Below, in pieces: positions 1-10,549 of a DNA stretch of 64,000 bases. The stretch lies in NCBI RefSeq assembly GCF_044324875.1, contig NZ_CP172185.1. The stretch is one strand, 5' to 3'. The notes beneath the pieces are model-generated. The model was not told the origin of the DNA and did no database searches. It was given only the letters and a program-made list of their open reading frames with translations. Each line of letters opens with the position of its first letter. Positions within the stretch are counted from its first letter, which is position 1. The stretch comes from Escherichia coli (GTDB lineage: Bacteria > Pseudomonadota > Gammaproteobacteria > Enterobacterales > Enterobacteriaceae). The position numbers were made by a program, and so were the translations under genes.

Positions 1-137
1 CGGGAGATTACCGGGAAATGCCAACGCGCGATCAGCGTGACCGAAATGAGATGTATCTTTCGGTTATTCCGGCGGCAGATGTCATTGCTGCTGTCGATAA
101 ATTACTGCCCTCCTCCACGACAGGTACGTCGTTATGA
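1..137 (+). CDS. waaQ: 3' end of LPS core heptosyltransferase III gene (partial, start lies outside window)
   Basis: Open frame from window edge to TGA at 135-137, overlapping the waaG ATG by 4 bp; position upstream of waaG matches the waaQ operon order. Confidence 0.55.
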   Translation, partial: GDYREMPTRDQRDRNEMYLSVIPAADVIAAVDKLLPSSTTGTSL

Positions 138-1258
138 TCGTTGCTTTTTGTTTATATAAATATTTTCCCTTTGGCGGTTTGCAGCGCGATTTCATGCGTA
201 TTGCTCAGACAGTCGCCGCTCGAGGTCATCATGTTCGGGTTTATACCCAGTCGTGGGAAGGCGAATGCCCTGATGTATTTGAACTGATCAAAGTGCCGGT
301 TAAATCGCATACCAATCACGGGCGCAATGCGGAGTATTTTGCCTGGGTGCAAAAACATTTACGCGAACATCCCGTCGATAGAGTCGTTGGATTCAACAAA
401 ATGCCGGGGCTGGACGTTTATTATGCCGCTGATGTTTGTTATGCCGAGAAAGTAGCGCAGGAGAAAGGCTTTTTCTATCGCCTGACGTCACGTTATCGCC
501 ATTATGCCGCCTTTGAGCGAGCAACCTTTGAACAGGGTAAGCCGACACAGCTGCTGATGCTGACAGATAAGCAAATCGCCGATTTCCAGAAACATTATCA
601 GACTGAAGCGGAGCGTTTTCATATTCTGCCACCGGGGATTTACCCTGATCGTAAATATAGCCAGCAGCCAGCCAATAGCCGTGAAATCTTCCGTAAGAAG
701 AATGGAATAACCGAACAGCAATATTTATTGTTGCAGGTCGGTTCAGACTTCACGCGTAAAGGTGTCGATCGCTCCATTGAAGCACTTGCTTCGTTACCGG
801 ATTCGCTGCGCCACAACACATTGCTATATGTTGTTGGGCAGGATAAACCGCGAAAATTTGAGGCGCTGGCAGAAAAACGCGGCGTGCGCAGTAATGTTCA
901 CTTCTTCTCGGGGCGCAATGATGTCTCGGAATTAATGGCGGCGGCGGATTTATTACTGCATCCTGCCTACCAGGAAGCGGCGGGAATTGTGCTGCTGGAA
1001 GCGATTACTGCAGGATTACCGGTACTAACAACTGCCGTTTGTGGCTATGCGCATTATATTGTCGACGCCAATTGCGGCGAGGCTATTGCTGAGCCATTCC
1101 GCCAGGAAACATTGAATGAGATTTTACGCAAAGCGTTAACGCAATTTTCATTGCGCCAGGCCTGGGCGGAAAATGCGCGACATTATGCTGATACACAAGA
1201 TTTGTACAGTCTGCCAGAGAAAGCGGCGGATATCATAACGGGTGGTCTGGATGGTTGA
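134..1258 (+). CDS. waaG: LPS core glucosyltransferase I (GT4)
   Basis: 374-aa ORF; N-terminus and length match WaaG as I recall it. Confidence 0.9.
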   Translation: MIVAFCLYKYFPFGGLQRDFMRIAQTVAARGHHVRVYTQSWEGECPDVFELIKVPVKSHTNHGRNAEYFAWVQKHLREHPVDRVVGFNKMPGLDVYYAADVCYAEKVAQEKGFFYRLTSRYRHYAAFERATFEQGKPTQLLMLTDKQIADFQKHYQTEAERFHILPPGIYPDRKYSQQPANSREIFRKKNGITEQQYLLLQVGSDFTRKGVDRSIEALASLPDSLRHNTLLYVVGQDKPRKFEALAEKRGVRSNVHFFSGRNDVSELMAAADLLLHPAYQEAAGIVLLEAITAGLPVLTTAVCGYAHYIVDANCGEAIAEPFRQETLNEILRKALTQFSLRQAWAENARHYADTQDLYSLPEKAADIITGGLDG

Positions 1259-2048
1259 ACTTAAAGAGCCGTTTGCCACGTTATGGCGCGGAAAAGATCC
1301 TTTTGAGGAAGTTAAAACTTTGCAGGGTGAGGTATTTCGTGAACTGGAAACTCGCCGTACTCTGCGCTTTGAAATGGCGGGCAAAAGCTATTTTCTCAAA
1401 TGGCATCGCGGCACGACCCTGAAAGAGATAATCAAAAATTTACTCTCATTGCGGATGCCAGTATTAGGCGCAGACCGCGAATGGAATGCGATTCATCGAC
1501 TGCGGGATGTCGGCGTTGATACTATGTATGGGGTGGCATTCGGCGAAAAAGGCATTAATCCGCTGACCAGAACCTCGTTTATTATAACCGAAGATCTGAC
1601 ACCAACCATCAGTCTGGAAGATTACTGTGCTGACTGGGCGACTAACCCTCCAGATGTTCGCGTAAAGCGTATGCTTATTAAGCGTGTCGCGATGATGGTG
1701 CGCGATATGCATGCTGCGGGCATTAACCACCGTGACTGTTATATCTGTCATTTCCTGCTGCACTTGCCTTTTTCCGGTAAGGAAGAGGAGTTAAAAATTT
1801 CGGTAATTGACCTGCACCGGGCGCAGCTTCGCACGCGCGTTCCACGTCGTTGGCGCGATAAAGATCTTATTGGGCTTTATTTTTCTTCGATGAATATTGG
1901 CCTGACTCAGCGGGATATCTGGCGGTTTATGAAAGTGTATTTTGCCGCCCCGCTTAAAGACATTCTCAAGCAGGAACAAGGACTGCTGTCGCAAGCAGAA
2001 GCAAAAGCCACAAAAATCAGGGAAAGAACGATTAGAAAATCGTTGTAA
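1251..2048 (+). CDS. waaP: LPS core heptose kinase
   Basis: ORF track starts at 1242; trimmed to MVELKEP giving 265 aa as in WaaP; overlaps waaG stop. Confidence 0.88.
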   Translation: MVELKEPFATLWRGKDPFEEVKTLQGEVFRELETRRTLRFEMAGKSYFLKWHRGTTLKEIIKNLLSLRMPVLGADREWNAIHRLRDVGVDTMYGVAFGEKGINPLTRTSFIITEDLTPTISLEDYCADWATNPPDVRVKRMLIKRVAMMVRDMHAAGINHRDCYICHFLLHLPFSGKEEELKISVIDLHRAQLRTRVPRRWRDKDLIGLYFSSMNIGLTQRDIWRFMKVYFAAPLKDILKQEQGLLSQAEAKATKIRERTIRKSL

Positions 2049-2090
2049 CCCGTAACTTATTTTTGCCAAAATTTTGGATACAGAATAAAT

Positions 2091-3098
2091 ATGTCTCAAC
2101 TCAATGATAGTGACATCATCCTTTTTGAGTATAACTTTCATTATCAAAATATAAGATCTAAAAATACTCTTGATATCGCATTTGGTATTGACAGAAATTT
2201 TCTTTTTGGATGTGGTGTAGCCATCGCATCTATTCTATTAAACAATAGCGAAATCTCTTGTGAATTTCATGTTTTCACAGATTATATCAGTGATAAAGAC
2301 AAGTTATATTTTTCCGATTTAGCAAAACAATATAATTCAAGAATTAATATTTATGTTATCAATTGTGATAAGCTGAAGTCATTACCAAGCACGAAAAACT
2401 GGACTTACGCTACATATTTTCGATTTATAATTGCAGATTATTTCTATAATAAACATGAAAAAATACTATACCTTGATGCAGATATTGCTTGCAAGGGTAG
2501 TATTAAAGAACTCTTAGATTATCAATTCTCTACTAATGAAATTGCCGCAGTTGTAGCTGAAAGAGATGTTGAATGGTGGCAGAATCGAGCCTCGGTATTA
2601 ACTACACCACAATTAGCTTCTGGATATTTCAATGCTGGTTTTTTGCTGATAAATATTGATGAGTGGAATCTAAATAACATTTCGTCAAAAGCTATTGAAA
2701 TGTTGCGTGACCCAGATTGGGTAAGTAAAATCACCCACCTTGATCAAGATGTACTGAATGTATTATTGAATGGTAAAGTGAAGTTTATTTCGGGGAAATA
2801 TAATACCCGATATAGTATTAACTATGAATTAAAAGACAAAGTTGATAATCCAGTCAATGATGACACCGTGTTTATACACTATGTGGGACCTACAAAACCC
2901 TGGCATGAGTGGGCTGATTATCCGGTGTCACGTAGTTTTTTGATCGCCAAAGCAGCTTCTCCGTGGTGTAAAGAAGATTTACTTAAACCTGTGAATAGCA
3001 ATCAGTATCGGTATTGTGCAAAACATAAATTTAAACAAAAGCATTATATGGCAGGCATTTTTAATTATTTAAAGTATTATAAAGAAAAATGCTTCTAA
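2091..3098 (+). CDS. waaI: LPS outer-core alpha-1,3 glycosyltransferase, GT8 family (WaaI/WaaO type)
   Basis: 335-aa GT8-like protein directly after waaP; AT-rich; name assigned from R3-type gene order. Confidence 0.7.
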   Translation: MSQLNDSDIILFEYNFHYQNIRSKNTLDIAFGIDRNFLFGCGVAIASILLNNSEISCEFHVFTDYISDKDKLYFSDLAKQYNSRINIYVINCDKLKSLPSTKNWTYATYFRFIIADYFYNKHEKILYLDADIACKGSIKELLDYQFSTNEIAAVVAERDVEWWQNRASVLTTPQLASGYFNAGFLLINIDEWNLNNISSKAIEMLRDPDWVSKITHLDQDVLNVLLNGKVKFISGKYNTRYSINYELKDKVDNPVNDDTVFIHYVGPTKPWHEWADYPVSRSFLIAKAASPWCKEDLLKPVNSNQYRYCAKHKFKQKHYMAGIFNYLKYYKEKCF

Positions 3099-3123
3099 AG
3101 ATTTAAGGTTAAAATAATTCATT

Positions 3124-3831
3124 ATGATATATAATAAAACGATAAATGGGTTGAAAGTTTTCATAAAAGATAATGATCCCTTTTATGAGCAAGTGCTGAA
3201 TGACTTTTTAACTTGCAGGGTTAAAACATTAAAAGTTTTTCGTTCTATTGATGATACTAAAGTCATTCTTATTGACACTGCTCGTGGACCTCTTGTACTT
3301 AAAGTTTATGCGCCAAAGCATAAAATGATCGAACGTTTCTTAAAATCTTGCGTAAAAAAAGATTATTATGAAAATTTAATTTATCAAACCGATCGGGTAC
3401 GTGGTGAAGGCATTCAATCAATTAATGACTATTTTTTGCTTGCTGAACGTAAAACATTAAATTTCGCGCATTATTATATTATGCTCATTGAGTATATTGA
3501 AGGTGTCGGGTTAAATGAGTATTTGGAAATTTCTGAAGATCTGAAGGAACAATTATCAGAATCGATAAAAGAGTTGCATCAGCATGGAATGGTGTCTGGC
3601 GATCCTCATAAAGGAAATTTTATAGTATCCGAAAAAGGTTTAAGACTAATTGACCTTTCAGGTAAAAAAACAACCGCAGTTTTAAAAGCAAAAGATCGCA
3701 TTGATCTTGAACGGCACTATAATATAAAAAATGAATTGAAAGACTTTGGCTATACATATCTCATATTCAAAAAGAAAATTAAAAAAGCAATCAGGGATGT
3801 AAAAGTAAAACTAGGATTGAAGAGCAAATAA
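3124..3831 (+). CDS. waaY: LPS core heptose II kinase
   Basis: 235-aa kinase-like protein, size and position as WaaY. Confidence 0.7.
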   Translation: MIYNKTINGLKVFIKDNDPFYEQVLNDFLTCRVKTLKVFRSIDDTKVILIDTARGPLVLKVYAPKHKMIERFLKSCVKKDYYENLIYQTDRVRGEGIQSINDYFLLAERKTLNFAHYYIMLIEYIEGVGLNEYLEISEDLKEQLSESIKELHQHGMVSGDPHKGNFIVSEKGLRLIDLSGKKTTAVLKAKDRIDLERHYNIKNELKDFGYTYLIFKKKIKKAIRDVKVKLGLKSK

Positions 3832-3855
3832 TGATTATGATGAAGGGTAATTAAA

Positions 3856-4869
3856 TTGGATTTTAAACATCTTACTCAATTTAAAGATATAATTGAACTG
3901 GACAAGCGCCCCGTTAAACTTGATGAACGGGAAACGTTTAATGTCTCATGGGGTATTGATGAGAACTACCAGGTTGGGGCTGCGATTTCAATTGCTTCAA
4001 TTCTTGAAAATAATAAACAAAACAAATTTACCTTTCACATAATCGCTGATTACTTAGACAAAGAGTATATTGAATTATTATCACAATTAGCAACGAAGTA
4101 TCAAACAGTAATTAAATTATATCATATTGATTCTGAGCCATTGAAGGCGCTACCTCAATCAAATATCTGGCCAGTATCTATTTATTATCGTTTGCTTTCA
4201 TTTGATTATTTTTCTGCGCGATTGGATTCATTATTATATCTTGATGCTGATATCGTCTGTAAGGGTTCATTGAACGAGTTAATAGCATTAGAGTTTAAAG
4301 ATGAATATGGGGCTGTGGTAATTGATGTAGATGCTATGCAAAGTAAAAGCGCTGAGCGTTTATGTAATGAGGATTTTAACGGTAGCTATTTTAACTCTGG
4401 TGTAATGTATATTAATTTACGGGAATGGTTACAACAAAGACTAACGGAGAAATTTTTTGATCTATTATCAGATGAGTCAATTATCAAAAAATTAAAGTAT
4501 CCGGATCAAGATATTTTAAACTTAATGTTTTTACATCATGCTAAAATATTACCGAGAAAATATAATTGTATTTATACTATAAAGTCAGAATTTGAAGAAA
4601 AAAATAGTGAATATTACACCCAGTTTATTAATGATGAAACTGTCTTCATACATTATACTGGTGTAACTAAGCCATGGCATGATTGGGCGGACTACGCATC
4701 TGCAGATTATTTTCGTAATATTTATAATATATCTCCATGGAGAAATATACCTTATAAAAAAGCTGTTAAAAAACATGAGTACAAAGAAAAATATAAACAC
4801 TTGCTTTACCAGAAAAAATTTCTCAATGGTGTTTTTACAGCAATTAAATATAATGTTATGAAAGGTTAA
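3856..4869 (+). CDS. waaJ: LPS outer-core alpha-1,2 glycosyltransferase, GT8 family (WaaJ type)
   Basis: 337-aa GT8-like protein; frame opens after TGA at 3841-3843 and first start codon is TTG at 3856. Confidence 0.65.
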   Translation: MDFKHLTQFKDIIELDKRPVKLDERETFNVSWGIDENYQVGAAISIASILENNKQNKFTFHIIADYLDKEYIELLSQLATKYQTVIKLYHIDSEPLKALPQSNIWPVSIYYRLLSFDYFSARLDSLLYLDADIVCKGSLNELIALEFKDEYGAVVIDVDAMQSKSAERLCNEDFNGSYFNSGVMYINLREWLQQRLTEKFFDLLSDESIIKKLKYPDQDILNLMFLHHAKILPRKYNCIYTIKSEFEEKNSEYYTQFINDETVFIHYTGVTKPWHDWADYASADYFRNIYNISPWRNIPYKKAVKKHEYKEKYKHLLYQKKFLNGVFTAIKYNVMKG

Positions 4870-4877
4870 TATTCGAG

Positions 4878-6020
4878 ATGGTTGATAAAATAATATTTAC
4901 AGTTACTCCTATTTTTTCAATTCCTCCCCGCGGAGCGGCCGCTGTTGAAACGTGGATGTATCAGGTTGCTCAGCGTACCAATTTCCCAAATCGCATTGTT
5001 TGTATCAAGAATCCAGGATACTCAAATTACACCTTTGTTAATGATAATTGTAGTATTCATAGGGTTGGATTCAGTCGCATATATAAGCGGTTATTTCAAA
5101 AATGGACAAGACTTGATCCTCTACCATATTCACAGAGAATATTGAATATTGCCCATGATTTTCCTATAACGAAAGAAAGTGTTATTGTAGTTCATAATAG
5201 CATGAAGCTATACACTCAAATTCGTAAGCGAGCTCCTCAGGCAAGAGTGGTTATTCATATGCATAATGCATTTGAACCAAAATTGCTTGAGCAAAATGTT
5301 AAAATGATAGTGCCTAGTTTATACTTGAAAAAGTATTACCAATCTTATTTAGCAAATGCAGATATTGAGATTGTACCAAATGGAATTGATTTAGAAACCT
5401 ATCAATCTACTTTTCAGCCGATCACTAGAAGCGAACTTAATATCTCCCCTGAAGAGAAAATTATTTTTTATGCTGGGCGTATCGTCCCTGACAAAGGCAT
5501 ATTACTGTTGATGCAATCATTCGAAAAATTGGCCGTTGCTCACAAAAATTTAAAATTAGTTGTGATTGGTGATTATACAGAAATGAGTAAAAGTGACAAA
5601 GGTGCATATCAACACAATGTCAGGGAAATTGCAAAACGTTTGAAGGATCGTTGCATTATGTTAGGAAGCATACCGCCTGAAAAGATGCATTGTTATTACC
5701 CACTGGCAGATTTAGTTGTCATTCCTTCCCAGTTCCAGGAACCATTTTGCATGGTGGCAATTGAAGCTATGGGGGCTGGTAAGCCTGTTTTAGTGAGTAC
5801 GCGTGGGGGGATGACGGAATTTGTCAAAGAAAATACTACGGGATTCCATTTAAAAGAACCTATGACTGCAGACTCCATAAGCAGCGATATTTTAAAAACG
5901 TTAGCGAATCCTGAATTAACAGCAGTTGCAAAGCAAGGTCAGGATTTTGTGTTTGATCACTACAGTTGGGATGGCGTAACTCAAAGATTCGAAGAGGTCA
6001 TTCATAATTGGTTTGAATAA
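4878..6020 (+). CDS. waaD: LPS outer-core glycosyltransferase, GT4-like (WaaD of R3-type clusters)
   Basis: 380-aa glycosyltransferase as last gene of the waaQ operon, convergent with waaL. Confidence 0.6.
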   Translation: MVDKIIFTVTPIFSIPPRGAAAVETWMYQVAQRTNFPNRIVCIKNPGYSNYTFVNDNCSIHRVGFSRIYKRLFQKWTRLDPLPYSQRILNIAHDFPITKESVIVVHNSMKLYTQIRKRAPQARVVIHMHNAFEPKLLEQNVKMIVPSLYLKKYYQSYLANADIEIVPNGIDLETYQSTFQPITRSELNISPEEKIIFYAGRIVPDKGILLLMQSFEKLAVAHKNLKLVVIGDYTEMSKSDKGAYQHNVREIAKRLKDRCIMLGSIPPEKMHCYYPLADLVVIPSQFQEPFCMVAIEAMGAGKPVLVSTRGGMTEFVKENTTGFHLKEPMTADSISSDILKTLANPELTAVAKQGQDFVFDHYSWDGVTQRFEEVIHNWFE

Positions 6021-6021
6021 A

Positions 6022-6056
6022 TAAAAAGGCCGCATTATGCAGCCTTTTTTATTTTT
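6022..6056. terminator. Bidirectional intrinsic terminator between convergent waaD and waaL
   Basis: Stem aaaaggc(6024-6030)/gcctttt(6042-6048) with T-runs on both strands. Confidence 0.6.
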
Positions 6057-7265
6057 TTACTTGTTTTTCATTGCTAATAATAAGCCGGCGTAAACGCCTA
6101 ATAAATTTGGTTCAATTTGTTCTACGTTTCCACGGATAACAAAATAACCTATAAAAGATAGTAAGATTATATAATATGCATTATATGGTGAGCGGTTTTT
6201 ATTCTGGACGCCATTTTTTATACACTCTTTCAATATTGCGCAGTATAGCATCATAAGACTTATCAGCCCTAATAAACCAGTGCCAAACCAGATGAATAGC
6301 GCAAAATTATGTGGCCCTATCGATTGTCTAAAGGTCCATTCTGGATAATCAACGACACGTTTATTATAGACATCTTTATATGCAACGTTACCGTAACCGT
6401 AACCAATAACAGGATTTTCTAATATTAGATCGAGTGCGCTGCCTTGAGTACCATTTGCATAGCGATAAGAACTATTAGTTTGTTGAAGTTTATACGTTAG
6501 ATTTGCGGTCATCTCCTTATGTGTGAAAATAACCGATAATGCAATGATGGAAACCATTACTCCTACTAATAGTAACTTCCATTGTTTAAACATCAGAATC
6601 CATATTAATCCAATGACTAACACGGAAAGCCAGGCTCCTCTGGATAAAGTTCCTAATATCAGAAAAATAAAAATAACGCTTAGAACCGCAAAAGAAATGC
6701 GGTATTTTGCTGATTTGATAAGCCAGAGATTTAACAATGCAGGAAATAAAAAGACCATCGAGTCAGAAATGCTACGGTGTCTATAATCTGCAAATGGCAT
6801 TACCCCTTGTTGATAGTCCTTATAATAGGCAATCAATTCAGAAAAACAACGTAAGCCCAACGCACTTATAAATGAGAAGAAAACGATTTTTTCGACATCT
6901 TCTCTTTTCTCGTCTCTCAATATGACCGGTATTGCTATTGTGCATAGTAAAGTATTTTCAATGATAGCTTTGAAAATTTCCTTCATGCTAGCACCTGCAT
7001 CTGGGGATTGAAGAAGTGATAGCAATGCAGCAATAGTTAATATGGCAACACTACCAAAAAGACATGTTTTAAATAGTGAAAGATAGTGTTTTGGCCGTTT
7101 GCAGAGATAGACGATTGTCGTTATTGTCATAAGAATAACAATAAGATGTTTATACCTTGTAATCCCACCCAAAAAATAGGTGGTAATGAATAAGAATACG
7201 AGAGCTCTGTTCCAGTACGCTATCCAGTTTTTTTTCTCGAGAGAGAAAAATAATGTTGAGGTCAT
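6057..7265 (-). CDS. waaL: O-antigen ligase
   Basis: 402-aa polytopic membrane protein at the waaL position after waaC; AT-rich like the central waa genes. Confidence 0.8.
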   Translation of the reverse strand: MTSTLFFSLEKKNWIAYWNRALVFLFITTYFLGGITRYKHLIVILMTITTIVYLCKRPKHYLSLFKTCLFGSVAILTIAALLSLLQSPDAGASMKEIFKAIIENTLLCTIAIPVILRDEKREDVEKIVFFSFISALGLRCFSELIAYYKDYQQGVMPFADYRHRSISDSMVFLFPALLNLWLIKSAKYRISFAVLSVIFIFLILGTLSRGAWLSVLVIGLIWILMFKQWKLLLVGVMVSIIALSVIFTHKEMTANLTYKLQQTNSSYRYANGTQGSALDLILENPVIGYGYGNVAYKDVYNKRVVDYPEWTFRQSIGPHNFALFIWFGTGLLGLISLMMLYCAILKECIKNGVQNKNRSPYNAYYIILLSFIGYFVIRGNVEQIEPNLLGVYAGLLLAMKNK

Positions 7266-8254
7266 CTTATCTCCGATGTCAACTTATTGGTTATTATTTC
7301 AAGATTTAAATTTTGAAAAACGGTTTGAGCTGGCAAATCTGCAAGAGACATACTTGTAGAACGACACTCTACTTGATTCTTCCCATACCCGCCAATTAAT
7401 CCCGGATCGGTAGGTCCATAAACCGTGATATTGGGTCTATCCAGTGCCGCCGTTAAATGGCTTAACCCCGTATCCACCGACACTACAAATTTAGCCCCGG
7501 CCAGCACGCGGGCAACGCCTTCCAGACTCATCTTCGGCAATACTTCAACATAAGCAAATCCTTCCGCCAGTCGTTTCGCCCGTTCTTCCTCATGCGGCGC
7601 GCCCCACGGAAGTTTAATCCGTATTCCTGAATCTGCCAGTAAACCAATCAAATCTCGCCAGTGTTCTTCCGGCCAGTGTTTATCATCACGGGTCGTCGCA
7701 TGAAGAAATACGGCATATTCGCCAGCATCTGTAGGCAGGTTCGTCAGGAAATGCTGTGCAATAGCATAATCGCCCTGGGTTTGCGGTTTGCTATAGCCCA
7801 GACTTTTGGCAAACAGTTCGCGGGTGCGTTCTACGGCGTGCTGCTGTTTCGCAATATGATGCTTACGATTGTAAAACAAGCTTGCCAGTGGTTCGCGAGC
7901 GGTTTGCCAGTCCATTCCATGCTTTACGCCATGTGCCAGACGCGTCACCAGCGCCGCGCTTTTTACCAGCCCCTGAGCGTCGATAACTGCGTCATAGTTC
8001 TCTGCTTGTAGCGCTTCACGAAACGCTTTCCGTTCAGCTTTTATGGGGGCCGAGAACCAGGCTTTACGCCAGCGACGTATTGCCACAGGAATAACTCGCT
8101 CAACAGCGGCGTGCCAGGAAGGAATTTGTGCGAACCCTTCTTCCACCACCCAGTCAAACTTAATCCCTGGGATTGCCTGCTGGGCATCAGTGAGTGCGGG
8201 CAACGTATGGAGAACATCGCCCATCGACGATGTTTTAACGATCAAAACCCGCAT
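7262..8254 (-). CDS. waaC: LPS heptosyltransferase I
   Basis: N-terminus MRVLIVKTSSMGDVLHTLPALTDA matches WaaC; C-terminal tail differs from K-12 and overlaps waaL start by 4 bp. Confidence 0.9.
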   Translation of the reverse strand: MRVLIVKTSSMGDVLHTLPALTDAQQAIPGIKFDWVVEEGFAQIPSWHAAVERVIPVAIRRWRKAWFSAPIKAERKAFREALQAENYDAVIDAQGLVKSAALVTRLAHGVKHGMDWQTAREPLASLFYNRKHHIAKQQHAVERTRELFAKSLGYSKPQTQGDYAIAQHFLTNLPTDAGEYAVFLHATTRDDKHWPEEHWRDLIGLLADSGIRIKLPWGAPHEEERAKRLAEGFAYVEVLPKMSLEGVARVLAGAKFVVSVDTGLSHLTAALDRPNITVYGPTDPGLIGGYGKNQVECRSTSMSLADLPAQTVFQNLNLEIITNKLTSEIR

Positions 8255-8257
8255 CCG

Positions 8258-9304
8258 TCAGGCTTCCTCTTGTAACAATAGCGCGTTGAGTTCTTCCAGT
8301 GCGCGCTGGGGAGTAATGTCGATCAAGCTCTGGTGATAACCCTCCGCAGCGTCACCTTTACGCACTTTGTGATAGCCGGTAATCAGGCGGATCACGCGTG
8401 CTTTATGGGATAGCGGCGGTGTGAAGTCCGGGCTACTCGGACCATACAGGGCAACCAGCGGACGATTGAGCGCCGCCGCAACGTGCATCAGGCCAGAATC
8501 GTTAGTGACAATGGCTTTACAGGCTGCAATCAGGATAACCGCTTGATCAAGCTGTGTTTCCCCCGCCAGGTTCCGGCACCATGCCTGCTGCTCGGTATTC
8601 AAAGCGGCAAGAATCTCATTGCCCGCTTCATGATCTTTCGCCGAGCCAAACAGAACCACCTGATAACCTTCATCAATCAGCTGCTTTGCCAGTTCCGCAT
8701 AGTGGTAGTGTGGCCAGCGTTTTGCCGGACCAAACTCCGCACCCGGGCAAAAGCCAATCATCGGACGTTCTGATGAAAGCGAAAATTGATTACAGGTATA
8801 TGATTTTTCACCTTCGCTCACCTGCAACTGCGGCCATAACAATGGCTGCGGCAGATCTTGTGCTGTACGCATAATGCCTTTGTCATAGGCCAGCGCGACA
8901 TAGCGTTCCACCATTAGCGGCCAGGCTTCTTTATCGAGCACGCGTACATCGTTAAGTAAACCGTAGCGCATCTCGCCGCGCCAGCCGGTGCGATGAGGAA
9001 TACCCGCGAAGAAAGGCACTAATGCGGACTTGAAGGAGTTGGGTAAGACGTAGGCGCGGTCGTAGCGCTTTTCACGCAGACTATGACCCAGTTTGCGGCG
9101 TTCGCCGATTTCCAGCGCTCCGTGACCGAGAGGCATAGGGATAGCTTCGTTAACTTCCGGCATCCGCGATAATAATGGACGGCACCATGCCGGTGCCATC
9201 ACGTCGATTATCGCCTGGGGATAGCGCGCCTGGAGCGTGCGATAGAGACTTTGCGACATCATCATGTCGCCAACCCAAGACGGGCCGATCACCAGTATTT
9301 TCAT
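8258..9304 (-). CDS. waaF: LPS heptosyltransferase II
   Basis: 348-aa ORF MKILVIGPSWVGDMMMSQSLYRTL, WaaF-like. Confidence 0.9.
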   Translation of the reverse strand: MKILVIGPSWVGDMMMSQSLYRTLQARYPQAIIDVMAPAWCRPLLSRMPEVNEAIPMPLGHGALEIGERRKLGHSLREKRYDRAYVLPNSFKSALVPFFAGIPHRTGWRGEMRYGLLNDVRVLDKEAWPLMVERYVALAYDKGIMRTAQDLPQPLLWPQLQVSEGEKSYTCNQFSLSSERPMIGFCPGAEFGPAKRWPHYHYAELAKQLIDEGYQVVLFGSAKDHEAGNEILAALNTEQQAWCRNLAGETQLDQAVILIAACKAIVTNDSGLMHVAAALNRPLVALYGPSSPDFTPPLSHKARVIRLITGYHKVRKGDAAEGYHQSLIDITPQRALEELNALLLQEEA

Positions 9305-9313
9305 GCAGAGCTC

Positions 9314-10246
9314 TTATGCGTCGCGATTCAGCCAGGCCATGTATTCCGTTACACCTTCAGCAACGGTTTTGAACGGTTTGTCGTAACCCGCCGCGCGCAG
9401 ATTTGTCAGATCAGCCTGAGTGAACGCCTGATAGCGGCCTTTCAGTTTATCCGGGAACGGAATGTATTCGATCTGCCCTTTCTTGTGATAAGCAAGCGTA
9501 GCATCTGCTACTGCCTGGAAGGATTCTGCACGACCGGTGCCGAGGTTGAAGATACCGGAAACGCCATTTTCCAGGAACCACAGGTTTACATCTGCTACGT
9601 CGCCCACATAGACGAAGTCACGTTTGAAGTTCTCGCTACCTTCAAACAGCTTCGGTGATTCACCGTTGTTAAGCTGAGTGTTGAGATGGAAAGCGACGCT
9701 CGCCATGCTACCTTTATGGCCTTCACGCGGTCCATAAACGTTGAAATAGCGGAAGCCAACAATCTGCGAGTTCGCTTCAGGCAGGATTTGGCGAACATAT
9801 TCATCAAACAGGAATTTTGAGTAACCGTAGACATTCAACGGTTTTTCATATTCGCGGGATTCAATAAAGTCGGAGGTGCGACCGCCGTAAGTGGCTGCAG
9901 AAGAAGCGTACAGGAACGGGATTTCGCGCTCAAGGCAGTAGTGCAGCAGCTCCTTGGAGTATTGATAGTTGTTATCCATCATATATTTGCCGTCCCACTC
10001 GGTGGTGGAAGAGCACGCGCCTTCGTGGAAAATCGCTTCGACATCGCCGAACTCTTCGCCAGCCATAATCTGGATCAGGAAGTCTTCCTTATCCATATAG
10101 TCCGCGATATCCAGATCCACCAGGTTCACAAACTTGGTGCCGTCTTTCAGGTTGTCCACCACCAGAATATCGGTGATGCCTTTGTCATTCAGGGCTTTAA
10201 CGATGTTGCTGCCGATAAAGCCCGCGCCGCCGGTAACGATGATCAT
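9314..10246 (-). CDS. hldD: ADP-L-glycero-D-manno-heptose 6-epimerase
   Basis: 310-aa NAD-binding epimerase [23 protein letters not shown]. Confidence 0.92.
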
Positions 10247-10549
10247 AACTGTAACCTTCGAATTATGGAGTCAGAGACAATCTCAGACACGAATGTCTGT
10301 AATCATACCATCACATCCGAATCCCTTCAGCCCTTTACATAGAGATGCAAGGATGCTAATTGCAACAAACTAGTTTGGGTTTTAGCCAGTCCTTCATGGC
10401 GGATGTTGGATTTGCACGTGAATAGTGCTTTAGTATCAATATTCCGATGTATGATAAATAACTGAAACATTTGAATGGATAATATACAGTATACATTCTG
10501 TTAATATTTATGATATAATTCTTTTTTTATATTAATGGTCTTATTAGTA

